From: Selaginella moellendorffii | Taxonomy: Eukaryota; Plantae; Lycopodiophyta | Assembly: GCF_000143415.4 (NCBI RefSeq) | Contig: NW_003314261.1 | Location: 2,429,266 to 2,493,265 of the forward strand | DNA length: 64,000 nt | Direction of reading: 5' to 3' | Shown here: in pieces, positions 38,601 through 51,657 of the stretch | Numbering within the stretch: position 1 is the first letter of the stretch | How the letters are laid out: each line of letters starts with the position of its first letter | Translations under genes and position numbers: made by a program | Notes under the pieces: generated by a model | What the model was told of the DNA's origin: nothing | Seen by the model: the letters and a program-made list of their open reading frames with translations, nothing else | The model's database searches: none

Positions 38601-41600
38601 CAAAGACAATGTTGAGCAGTCCAATGGCTTCTCTTCTTTGTCCGAGACGTCCATTTGCTGTGCATGAACAGCTGCGTTGCACATAGGATCGATAGAAACA
38701 TAATGACTCTCCTCTTCCTGTTCAACGTAGAAAGTTAAATGCAATTTCCAGAACTCACGCACCTCGAGCCCAGCTTGACAAACAAATATTGGCTTGGTAG
38801 ACTCATTTGCCACGGTATATCTTGCCGCTAGCCTCACTATATGTGACGGGTCAGAATCTTTTTGGGATGGAACGTGTACTCGTATTCCCAACTGAATCTT
38901 GTCCAGTAAGTACTCTGTACGTACACCTAAGCTCAATTCTGATGATCCTGAGAGGGCGTTCAAGTCGATCCAAGATGGTTGAGAACTCTCCTCTTGTCTT
39001 TTCATCAGAAGATTGCTTGACCTGAGTTATCGAATATTAACAGCCTCAGTATCGTGAGAGAAAATGAACGCAGAACATACTTGGGAAACCAGGACATGAA
39101 TGAGCCTGGAATTAAGGTATGGGTCGACGTAGATGGTGGCCACTGTAAATTTTGTACCCGCCTTCCTTGCCTGCCTCAAATGTTAAAGGCTGAAGAGAGA
39201 AAGTTACACATACCATCTAGAGGGCGCTTTGGCAGCGCAAACAAGAATCGGAACTTGACTATCATTTTGCAACATATATTTGGTAAAAATAACCAGCTGC
39301 AAGGACAAGGATGAGATTCAAGACAAAGCGTCAAAGTTTTCAAACCTCCAAAACGCCATCCTCAGCTCTGTAGACTTTCAATGTAGCCAAATGTAAGCCA
39401 TCTTTAAAAGCAAGCTCGATATCAATATCCTTGACGCTTCCTCCTTTCTTTGCAAGCTCTTGAAAGCGCTTATGACCAGAGCTAATGTCAATTGGATGGC
39501 TGACAAATCCGTGGTCATCGACCTTGATGACCAAAAACAACGCATTCAAGTCAGCATACAGCAGCGCTTTCCCACCTCTCCCAGCAACTGAGACTTCGTT
39601 CGGGTTACCGTCAAGAGCTTCTTTAGTACCTACACCACGACATGTCAGACGAAATCACAACAATGAAGTGCTTACTATTAATCCGGACGTAGACTCCAGA
39701 TGATAGAAAATTGTAGATTTTCAGTGTCGGCAAGAGCAGTAGTTCCTGTTGCTCTTGCCATGCAATAAGAGAGCGCTTTTGCTGTTGATCGCCACTTAAT
39801 CTGGTCACCGGTACCTGTCTTCTTAGCGTTCGAATCAGGAAGTTTACTCCTGCCGTGCTGGTTCCAGAAGCATTGACAGCTTTGCAAAATACAGAGCCGA
39901 AGGATGACTCCAGGCTTTTGCTTTTGAGAGTCTTCTTGAAATTATATTGCAGCTTGTCGAACAGTCCCGAAACTCGTACAGCTTTGGCTCCCTTGACGTC
40001 TTCTGACCAGTCATACGTTGTTCCATCTGCGACACTTTCTGGTCTTATAGACAACAGAAAATTACCTGCAAAAACTCTCACTAACATAGACAATAAGAAT
40101 TGCAGTTGTACTTACCAACATTAAACGACAACAAAGCTTTTTTCATCTCCCCTTCCAGATTTAGCGCATCAAATGCACCCATGGAATCGTCAATAATATC
40201 TCCATCTTTAAGGCTTACTATCGCTCCACCTTCGCCTTGCTTCGGCCGACGACATCGTAGCTGAAGCACCAAACCCGTAGCGTTGTGAATTTTCACCATG
40301 GGAGATACAGTTAAGAAAATCCCGTCCTGAGAAGAACAGTTCAAAGCTTTTGAGCTCGGTTGATGGAAAACTCATGTACCTGGCTTTGTTTAGAAACGTC
40401 AATAACAACTATTGGACCAGGCGCATTCACACGAGATCCTGCAGTATAACAAGGTCAGCGTGAAACGAAAATAACTCTAAACTTGCGGACCTTGAAAAGC
40501 CTCAAGGCGTGTTCGACCAGCAAAAACACCAGGCTCGCCCAGCGATACGTTCATACTTGAAGACAAACCAGTGCCAGCCTTTTCAAGACTAATAGAAACT
40601 GAATGAGAAACCTCCGCAGGAGTTGTACCCCGTCGAGAGCGTACATGTCTTTGAAGAGACAAAGTAAATTCAATAGAACGCTGACACAAACCCACGCATA
40701 CCTCATCAAGTAAGAACTTGTTTGCCAGGAATTCACTTTTCCTTCTTCCCCTGCGCCGCTTTCACGATCGAAACGGAACAGAACGTTAAGTCCAGTCTGA
40801 TTCTCGATCTACAGTCAGTCATAAGGAAGTAAGGCATTGCTACAGTCTCCTGTATAATGTTACCTGGCACCTGTTCACCAACACAGGAGAATGCTTTATA
40901 GTGTAAGGTCCAGCCAAGTCCATGACACCGATCAGAAATAAGCAAGCATCCAACGAAAGCTCACTCAACAAAACTTCCACCTTCACAAAGATGAAAATGT
41001 ATCAACCATAAAGACACAAAATCCATAGCCTATCTAGAGGCTTTGTACCTTTTTAAACCGGCAAAACAAAGATACTGGAAACTTCCTTTCATTGCGTGCT
41101 AGACGAGAGCTTCCAATAATCTCCATCATGACAGGATTAACGATTGCTAGCCTGAAAAGTGGTGAGTGAGCAAGTATAATTTGCACAAAATATAATCACC
41201 ATGAACTGGTTTGCGCCTCGTAGTGCTCAATAATAGAACTACATCCACCAATAATCCTAGCCTTTTGGGAAGAGGCTTGTGCCAACCCTTGTACTTCTTC
41301 CAGTCGAACTCGAACGAGAGGAAGCAAATGAATAGCTCCGGCTGCTTCATGCAGTAGCGTGACATAAATCGATCCTATGTCGAATCTTACTTCTGGTATA
41401 GTAGTAGCACTGGCGACGGCAGCTTTAGCTGTCACATTTTCTTGAACGGTGGTACGCTGTGAAAATAACACAATCGGTTCAGCGACCACCTCTATTTTGA
41501 AAGCGTTTCCCGGATAACTGGCAACTACAGGAATTCCGTCAGCCAACGCCAATCCTTGCTTGCTTTTCTGGTTAATCAGATGAACCAAATGGCTGAAGAT

Positions 41601-44600
41601 GCCATTATAAACGTTGATCTCCTCGTCGCTAGATCGATATGGTATACACTGCCAAAGTTCCCAAGGGCTATCATTCGTCGAGGATATCTGAAGCTGCCGT
41701 GACCCCTGTTCATAATGAACCCGAAGAGGTACGCCACTAGAAGTTTTGGCATAAAGAGAAACCAAGGAAAACCATTGTATATCCTTGTTCTTCTCGTGAA
41801 ATTTAACCTGCGTGAAGAGAAAATCAAGATATGATGGAGTGTACAGTTCAAAAAAACCTTAAATAAAGCTCTTTCCCCTGCCACTGAGTAATGCCAAGCA
41901 CCGCCTAAATGAAACTGGCCTTGAGACGAAGAGTCCTCGACAGAAAGATAAAGATGTTCTTGAGCGTCCTTCAATGCGACAATTGCCCCTGAAATGAAGT
42001 ATTGAAGCTTATGAGAACAAAACACTAAAGCTTACCATCAAGAATTGTATCACGTAGAATCTTTTCAACGTTTTGTCCACTAGGCTTATGAATATTTGCC
42101 GTTTTACTTTTGGATAATGATATATGGCTTAACGGCGTCCCAATGCTTACTAGCATCTGAAAATAAAAGTTGTTAGTGCAAAAGCGGAGTTTCTGTACCT
42201 GTAGTTCATAGGTTGTCACTGCAATATTCAATCCACTGACAGCTATCTGTCCTCGCCAAGACTTTTCCCATTTGGGATCCACACCTTTCCTGCATTGTCT
42301 ATTTAACGTAGCCGAGACCGTCAAGTTATCCAATAAACAGTTCATGTCGGAGGCCTTGTCGTCGTCCTTATATGAAGTATCGCCATGAAAGCTTTCCGTA
42401 TCACTAGAGCTTTCACCAGTGTCGTTGAAACCAAACTGTGGGACCCGACCATGAGACCTCTCGTTTAGACGTTTCTTGTCAGACCTCAAACTGATCGCCG
42501 TGAACTGGCTTACGGCCGCTTTGATCTTGTAAGATCCTTTTGCAGATGTGATATCTGCGTGAGCACCAACCACAAAAAGTACGCCTTCCGCGGTCTCTGC
42601 AACATAAAATTTGACTTACAATCACCAGTTAAGAAGAGACTTACGTGTGCCAGCTGCAGAAAGAACCACCGAGAGTCGAGAAACTTTGAAAGACATTAAG
42701 CCCTCCACACCAAAGTCCTCTTCCACTTGCAAAAACTCGGGAGGAGTTGATTGTGATCGAGAAGGGGCTACCACCAGCTGTCTTCCTTCAGGAAATGAAT
42801 ACGAACGTTCAAGCTCGCTAGCGCTTGCACTTGCGCCATCAACAGAAGTTATCACCCGTTCAAGCTTTTTCCCGACACATTCAGCATAGCTGGCTACAAA
42901 GTTGAGAACATCAACTGTAGCAATAGTCTCGAATATTGCTAGACCGGCCTGCATCAGAAATGGTTAGCTCAGACAGTAAGATAAGTAGTTTACCCGTACC
43001 TCTACTTCAACTGACAAGCCGTCATTGAATGTCAATACGACGTGCATGCTCTCTGCTGTCGATGGATGTTGCTTCGCTTTTGCAAGAATTTGCTCCAGAT
43101 GACAACCTGCTGTGGATATTAATCCCACGTCAATTGTTGTTGAACAGCAAAACTTTTCAACTTCGGCAGCAGAAGCTTCGGATCCGTCGAAAGCAAGAGT
43201 AAAATGATCCGCACAAAACGTTTTGAGAGAGGATTTGCACTGTCCCTTCAATACCTGCTCGAAGTTCATATTTGTGGGAACAATGGAGATCTGCATCTTC
43301 TGGAACTTCAAGGAAATACCTGTAGAAGACCAGCTACCGGCTGTAAAATCAAGGCATAAGCTGTTTACGGCCAAAATTCCAATTCCCAGGCTCGTTTCTG
43401 TATCCCCCGATTGTCGACTGGCTTCCAAGTCGCCAAAATAAACCTTGAAGGTTTGAAGGTTGAAGCTAAGATCGAGCAAAAAGGTTTCATTTGTAGAAAT
43501 TGCATCATTGTCACTTTCACTCTCGGTAGTCGAATCGTACAGGTGCGAAGCAGCATTCTTAGCAGCCTCGAAGTAACAAATAAGGATCTGCAGAAAAAAA
43601 ACAGCTTTCTTTCACTTCGATGAGAAACAGGCTTAAAATAGGTACCTGGACAGCAGTTGTCGCTTTGCTGATGTCCAAGCAGACGTCAAAAGACGGTGCT
43701 GCCAAGCCAGCCGTCAATGTCACGGACTTGAGAGATTCGAAGAGCGACGTGCAGTTTTCCCTGGATAGAAGACAGACTTAGCAGGATGAAATAACAGAGA
43801 GGAAAGGAAAAACCAACATACCTTTGAAATGAAGACTCCACCGTTACGTTCAAAGGCCCAACAAAACTTTCCGACTGCGTGCTGAATCTACTGCCATTTA
43901 TGTACACAAGTAGGTTGCTTGCAAAACTGTCACGGTCCAAGTCGTCTTTTCGCGTAGGCGGCTGTTCTTGTAAGCGAAGAGGCCTTATCCACTGGTTATG
44001 CTCGACCGCAGGCCAAAGTGCGAACTCGATGTAGCCGACGTCTAAAACCAACGGCTTCAATTTCACATTTTGGATTGGCAGCTCAGTTTCCGATACTTCC
44101 AACGTCAGTCGAACGTTCTCAACAACGGCCGTGAGTTGCAATCGAGTCTCGGGAACAGCTGAAAAAACCAAGCTTCGGCACAACTCCATCTGTTCCCTAT
44201 AAACACTATGTGCAGAGGTGCTAGCCTTGTGTATGTCTTTAGATGACGATTGTCCAGAGTGCTCGAGTTTTCTGAGTTCCGTCAAGATCGGAAGAAGCTT
44301 GGAAAACATGGCATACCTGAAGCTCATGTCCACTTTTCCTACAGTAACGATCATACTTGTGTCTGGCAGTCGATTGTTTTCCGGCGCAGTTCCATAGAAG
44401 ACCACCAGGAAAGGCCCCACCAAGCTATCCAAAGATCTCTGTATCTTCTTGTCATCGCTGTAGTGTTTCCACAACTTCGTTTGCCAGTTCCGAGTTTCCT
44501 CATAATTTCTGGAGGCGTGCTTCTCTTGAAGACCGACATTGTATTTCTGTAGCGTTCTAGCTGCTTGCTGATGTTCGAAGGGCGAACTTGAAAAGAAAAG

Positions 44601-46319
44601 AAACCCACTCGATGCTCTGTCATTCCAACGTAGCCTACATTCCGTACTTGTTTCGTATGAAAACTTCCCTCTGCCTTCGATGCTTTTGCTCAGTATTTCT
44701 CCGCGTAAGCTACCTAGAACAAGTACTGTTTCCCTCCGATCCTTGTTTGAACGGTAGGCCACGGACATTTTCTTCCATCTGAGGCAAACCGATACGTCTC
44801 CAGCACCTACGAATACCAGAGAACCCCGGCTAAAGTCCAACGAAAAATCCTGGCTTTTTCTGTCACTTGTCTGCTGCTCTTCCCATTTTTTCTCAACTGC
44901 ATCTCTGTCATATCCTACTGCCCTTAGAAACCCGGCCCATTTTCTTTTCAGAAAACCCTGCGAAACATCGTCTTGCTTCACTGCATTGGATTCCTTCAGA
45001 AAAACTCGTCTCCGTGCAATACGACGAGCAAGAGCCACTGCTTCAACTGGTAGCTTCTTCTCAAGCTCAGCGACGGATGATGATAACTTCTTAAAATGTT
45101 CTGCCCGATCCAGACGTTGAGATTTACTGCACCAGCCAACATTCTGAAGCCAATCACCATAAAGCGAACAGTAACGCCGACGGAGGATACCAGCTTCAAA
45201 GCTATCACTTAGTCTTCGTCTTGGAGACTCGCGTAAAACCTTTGACACTGCCCATGCCCAAAGCTCTTTCGCGTTTCTACAACCGGGAGACGATATTCCA
45301 CCGCTGCTCGAAGCGGACGTAAGCCTCCCTGACGGCCCTTCCAACTCAGCCAGCAGCAGCAAAACTAAATCCAGCTCGCTAGAGTCCAGTCCCCCTACTG
45401 CCTCTGGGATACTCACTGTGAGTCCACAGAAAGAATCCTCCCAAACACCAAACGAAAGCCAAACCATCACCATCAACACTGCATTTCCCTCGTCACCCCT
45501 GACTTGCTCTTGCCGGCGGCTGTCTCTGAAAGTAAGGCTTACACGCGACGCGCTGCAAGCTTTCGTAGCCTTTTTCCGACTGTATACCACCATGTTGCTC
45601 AATGACCCAAACATGCTTCCCTTGAAAAATCCGCTCGGCATTTCTTCTCCGACAACCAGCTGCGTAGACGAAATACAGGCTTCGTAGCCTTGACGAGACC
45701 TGAGAGAGATTTTCGCATCGTGTAGCTCGACTTTCACAGCTGAGAGCAAGAACGATATCAGCAAAAGTAGGAAGAAACCAGTGCGGTTTTCCTCCTTTAG
45801 TTTTGCTCTCGAGTGCTCGGTAGCACCCTGTGTTGGCCAAGAAAAAAATAGTCACTTTCGATAAAATTGAAAGGTGAAAAATACCTCTGGATCGATTGAC
45901 GCGAGCTTTTCCAATCGCTGGCGAGCGCCACGATCCGCAATTGTATTTTTCCAATATGAATCCTCAGGATCTCTGTAGAACTTCAATGATTTCTCTATAA
46001 AAAAAAAAGCCTATAGCACTGACCGTGCAGAGCATTCGGCATCGAGGCCCTCGATGACAATGGCGATTGCCGGCGACCCGATGAGTGAGAATGCAAGCCT
46101 CGCAGACGCAATTGAGGCCCGGTGCAGGACGAGAGGCGAGGATAGCAGCGCCTCGGCATTGACAGCTTCCGGAATCAGCTCAAACTTACCGAGACGGAGC
46201 TCCACACCAGACAAGCTCCACGAAATATCCATCGCGCAGTCATCCGCGCCAACAATCCAGCGCCGGAGCGGCCTCAACGCCGCCCGCCGGAGGCGCTCGC
46301 GCCAGCGCCATCGCCCCAT
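35661..46319 (-). CDS. VPS13-family bridge-like lipid transfer protein (plant VPS13X-type), very large and multi-exon
   Basis: Chorein-like N-terminus (LRPLRRW), W.WA/RRRY..LY motif, WSGRIC..LG, PYRIEN and DGPTRVLR, YFERFEIHPIK, C-terminus YIDGRLCRHIPN..RRIVSGFLLSF. Confidence 0.82.
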
Positions 46320-46493
46320 CACTCCAAAACCCTCACCGGGCGCCCATAAGCCCTAGAAAACGTGGCGCATTGTAAGCATTACATGTGGACTGGAGGAGTC
46401 GGACATAGATTTTGACGACAGAGAAGAAAAACAATTCTTGTTTGCTCGCTGGTACCAACGAGAAGAATAACAACCATACAAAAATCATAGACA

Positions 46494-48882
46494 CTATCTC
46501 TCTGGTTTGATCATCCATCTAATTCGGCAGCCACGATCTTCCAGTTGCTGATAGCGAGCGTTGATAGAATCGTTCAGCAAGGCATTGCAGAATAGCTTTG
46601 CTTTCTTGAGGCAAACACACGAAAGGAGTGCTGCCGCGAGAACTTCGATGGAAACATCCCCGATCTGGACGAGCTTCACGTTTTGCAAGCAGCGAAGATT
46701 TCCCAGCATCACGAGTGCAGCGTTGGAGATCCGGCAATACGATAGATTTAGCTGGTAAGAGAAGAAAGACGACCGTATTAAGCTTTTGAGAAGAAAGACT
46801 TGGAAGAGTTTGAACCTGTTGGAGATTTGGAAAACAGTGGACGATGGAGGTCATTCCCCGATCGCCAATCCCGCAGTGTTTGAGATCGAGCTCTACAAGG
46901 TTCTTGAATTCCGGGAGTTTTTTCTCCAGGCCAACTCCTTTGCAACCCCGGATCTCGAGCTGCTGGAGATGGCTGAGCTGCGAAATGGAGACGATGGAAG
47001 CGTCCGTGATGTTTGGACAGTACGAGAGGTTTAGAATTCTCAACTTGCGGCAGCCAGCGGCTATGGACGCAACTCCCGCATCACCAACATTCCCCGACCT
47101 GTACGTAGATAAACAAAAAAGTGAGACTTTTATGCTGGCACTCCGGGAAATCCACCTGTATAAATCGAGCTCGATCAAGTCGGAGCAATTCCTTCCAACA
47201 TGCTCGATGCCATTGTCGCTGACCTTGCAAAACCCGAGCTTGAGAGTCTTCAAAAACTTACACTTCGCAATACATTCCAGTCCTGCATAAAAAAAACCAC
47301 CTCTTTACTCTCAGCTTTGAGCTACACTCATACCTGCGTCATCGATGTTGCAATCGGTCACGTCCAGTTCTTCCAAGCAGCTACACCGCTCCATCAACAG
47401 TGGAATGTTGTTCTCTGTTAGAATGCGGCAAGCTTCGATCTTTAAGCTGACAAGTCCCGCGCTCGACCTTGCGATGTTGCAAGCAGTAATCTCCGTGAGG
47501 TCGAGGCAGCAAGTAAGATCAAGCTTCCGGAGGTTTTTGCAGCCATGGAAAATGGAAGCCATGCCAGAATCCGTGACCCCTCTACACTTGCTCAAACTTA
47601 AGTCGCTCAGCTGAAGACAGCAAGAGCCCACGAAGCGAAGCCCGTCGCCGGCGATCTCACAGCCAGCCAGCTTAAGTGTTTGGATCTGTGTGAGCTTTCC
47701 AACTGCTTCCAAGAGCTGGCCAGTTATCTGCGATCGTTTTTCTCACGAGTATAAGAACCAGACTCTACAGCGAACTTACAGGCGAGCAAAACCCGAGCTT
47801 TAGAAACTGCAAGCTTCGCTTCGAGAGAAACGAGATTCCCACATTGGTCACGCTTCTGCAGCAAGAGAGATCCAGCTCCTGAGAAAAAAAAAGCAGACTA
47901 AAACGACCGTCTTTTAGAATCGTCGTCGTACATACCAGCAATGATGTACTTGTACGGGTCAATCCCGCGTCTCCAACGTTGGAGCACGCAGCCAGATTCA
48001 ACACTCTCAGAGACGGCAAGTTTGATAGACACCTGACGCCGTCATCCGTGATCTGAATGAAAGCACGGAAACGGTAAGCAAAAAAAACGAACAGATTTTT
48101 TTATCAGATCAACCAAACTCGAAAGACACAAGAATCAAACCAGCAAATGAAAACAAGAAAAAAAAACAGTGAATTTTCTGGTTAGATCAACCACAGTCTA
48201 TGCTAAAGGAACCAAAGATGACAACACAGGAAAAAAGAAATGAGAGAGAGCTTCCGATACAGACCTCTGTGTAGGAGACGTCGATGGTGGTGAGCTCTTT
48301 ACAGTTGGAAGCAAGGAAGCAAAGCCCAGCATCCGAAATACCAACACAGCCTTTGAGCACGACGACTTGGAGCTTCTTGCAACCGGCTGCCAGGCATCCC
48401 AATCCAGCGTCCGAGATCATGTAACACCCCGTGAGATCGAGCTTTCGCAAGTTTCCCAGCTGACACACGGCCGCCAGCTCCAAGTCTCCAAGGCTGTTAC
48501 AGCACCGCAAGTCGAGCTCCACCAGCGCGGAGCAGTCCCTCGCGAGAGCAACAATCCCGGCGACCGTGAATCCTCCCATGCGAGCCAGGCCGAGCGATCG
48601 TAGGCGCGTCCCAGCGAGCTCCCCGACAAGGGCGAGATCCTCGTCCGTGATCTTGATGCACGAGGACAAGTCGAGGCTCTCGATGCCGGTGTGCCGCGCG
48701 AGAGCTCTCGGGAGGAGCTCCGAGTTGAAGAGGCGCATGGTTTTCTGGGACTCGGCCCCGGCCGCGTAGAAGCGCTTGCAAGTGAGACGCCACGATTTCC
48801 TGTCCACCACCTCGTCCAGCTTCTCCAGGATCTTGACGAGGAGATGGTTGCTCAAGCTCCAGATGTCGGCCTCGAGTCTCAT
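46494..48882 (-). CDS. F-box/LRR-repeat protein (FBL3/RAE1-like), multi-exon
   Basis: F-box LSNHLLVKILEKL..DRKSWRLTCKRF followed by many Cys-containing LRRs (L.L..C..ISD.GL). Confidence 0.9.
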
Positions 48883-49824
48883 CTCGGGTTGAGAAAACTT
48901 TGGAGATGGAGCGATGCTGGTACAGATCTAGAAAAAACTAAGGAAGCAAATCCAGCTCCAGTTAGCTCGGGATCACGCGCGAGTATAGAAACAGGAACTT
49001 ACCCGATGGTTTAAAGAGTGTCTCGCCCAACTCGTCAACTTTCTACCGAGATGCTCCAAGAATCACTGAAACCATCTATTCCTTCTTTGATTTCTTGGAG
49101 AGAACTGCGAAGAAAGAAGAAACGTAAAGAACTACTTATACGAGTGCAACACACGCGAGAGACAAGAAAAAAAAAGAGAAAACAACGAGAAAAAAATTCG
49201 GAGGAGAAGCACACAGCCTACATTTTATTTTAGCCCACGAACTTAAGAACCATCCGGCTAGGCCGAGCAAGAAGAAGAGCTAGCGATGGATCGAATAGAT
49301 GCCATGATCAAGGAATCCCATTTCGCCCACCTGAGACATCGATCGAAAGGGAAAGAGGAGAGCAAAGCAAATGGATTGATTGGTGAGTGAGCTCGTTGCT
49401 CGGCCAGGGCGCAACCGAGGAAGAAAGCATCCACAACCATCCCTAAAGCCCCAAACGCGGGCAACCGTCGGATGGGGCGCATCCCACGGCCACGGTCCGC
49501 CTGCGCAGGCGCAAAGCTCGTACATGGTGGAGGCCTATGGCTCGCCTTCCTCGCTCGCGTCCTTCTTTCTCCAAAAGCAACTCGGGGGAGTAAACCACTC
49601 TTTAAAAATGGCTTAGTTAACTCAATGACTTGTGTTTCATGACAACGACCTACTTAAGAAGAGTATTCCTGCCAGTACCCGACGTGTACGTTGGCATTGG
49701 CATTTCTGCCAATTTGCCGTTACATTTGACTCTGGCTTTTTACACGTTTTTGAAATCTTTATATAAAACACAAAAGGTGGACTGAAATTATCCAAATTCC
49801 AACGTAGTGGCATTTGGGAGATCT

Positions 49825-51142
49825 CACCGTTTGATTGAATACGGTAAATGCCCAGAAATGTCATCTGGAAGATGCAAAGTATATCTTTGACTCTAAGTTT
49901 CTCCAAGACACTATGTCACACACCATCATGTTGGTCGCGTATGGAAGCCACAAGAAACCCGATAAGGCAAGACGGATATTTGAGAAGAGATGTAGTTCTC
50001 TGGAAAAGCATTATTCGCGCACTTGCCGGAAGCAGGCATCTGGAAGACGTAAAAGCCATGTTTGGGAAAATGCCTAGGCCTGACGTGGTGTCTTGATTCA
50101 AGTGTAAGCGGCGAACGGGCGGCTGAAAGAAGCCAAGGAGTACTTTCACAAGATGCCCGACAGGAACGTTGTTTCCTGGTCGAGATCCCAATCCCTTCCT
50201 GTGGCAGCGGCAATGATCCGCCGCAGCAAAATTTCCCTTCGCCCTTCTTGATGGCGAGGAATGGGACTTCCTCTGCGGCAAAAGAAGATGTTTGATCGAA
50301 TGCTTACGTCCAAGTAGCGAAGATTCATGGAGCACAAGAAATGTTTGATGCGATGCCGGAGAAGACCGAGGCGAGCTGGAATTTTTTTTCTCGCTAGCTT
50401 GTCATGTGGATCAAGGAAAGAACTTGTTCGGTAAAACTCTCGTTTCTCGGCTTTCGCTTTGCTCAGAGCAGCGAGGAGGAGGAAGCTAGAAACGCGAGCA
50501 AATGCCGGGCCGCAAACACGATGATCACGGCCTACTCGATGAATGGAAACTTGTGAGAGGCTGCCGCTCCAGAGCTCTTCCAAGCCATGGCTCACAAGGT
50601 GGTGGTGGCTTGAACGCTGATGACACGGCCTACGAATGCTCGCATAGCCGGTAATGAAAGCATTCCACGATATCAAGTCCCTGTGGCAAACATTTTTTGG
50701 GCTCGATCCATATCGCCCACCTTTCAAAACGCGCGAAAGATCTTTGGCAAGCGTCCATGAAAGCTTACTCAAATAAACAAGTTGCCAGAGATTTCCGCGA
50801 TAATTACACGCTCCCGCAAAACGAAACAGAGAGCTGGAACAAGCAAAGTTTACTTTTCCGCCAGACATGGTTTCCAGAAACATTATGATGCTACTATTGG
50901 AAAATGGATCTGGACAGGCCGGGGATTGAACCCAAGACCTCCTACACCAGGTGCTTGCCCTGGTTGTGTATGTGTGCAGCTTAGTTCTAACAGCTACGTC
51001 CAAGGCGGTCGTCTCGGAGAGGCAGAGTATATCTTCCAGAGCTCTCCAGAGATTGACAAGTTCTCATGAAACACTGCAACTCTTGAGAGGAATTGAGTTT
51101 GCATCTTCCAGATGACCTTGCTGGGCATTTTATCAAACGGTG
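49825..51142 (+). pseudogene. Degraded inverted paralog of the PPR gene at 54925-57291
   Basis: Collinear peptides (HLEDAK.IFD, AYGSH, IIRALAG, KMPRPDVVS*, NTMITAYSMNGNL*, IFQSSPEIDKFS*) with stops, deletions and an internal inversion. Confidence 0.88.
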
Positions 51143-51657
51143 GTAGGAACTTCGATCATCCTCTTGGCCTGGAGAAGGATCAAACGCTTGGGTTACTGGC
51201 AAGCCAATGAGCATCAAGTATTTGCTCAATGGTATGCTCCTTATGTCATGGCTGGATCGTGCTGGGGTCGAGGATAGAATCAATCAGGCCTCTCCCAGAT
51301 CATTAACGTACCCAACTTTGTCAAAAGATCCCGAGATGTAACTGCAGGTGCACTAAAGTCGATAGCATTGCTGATATTGAGGGAAGATTCCTAGTGACGC
51401 AGATGAAGTATGCAAGAGCATCAAAGTCGATAGCATTGGACACTGTCGAGGAAGAAAAAATGAAAGTGACAATTACCAGACGGTAGTTTTCACGGGAGAG
51501 GCCTTTGAAACACCGTTGCAGTTGGTTGCCACTGCAGGACTTCGCCATGAAAGCAACAGGGAGAACGCACTGCTACTTAATACACGGGAGGAAGTGCTTA
51601 TAATCACGGGGCTGACGTGAAGTGTCTCGGGCAAGCAGGAAAGGCAAAGTTTCTGCC

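Noticed and set aside
32584-46319. VPS13-helicase fusion protein
   Set aside because: VPS13 ends with its family-typical C-terminus, and readthrough meets another stop within a few codons
49258-49616. Small ORFs upstream of the F-box gene as conserved-peptide uORFs
   Set aside because: No recognisable motif; probably 5' UTR with introns, and cannot be supported without comparative data
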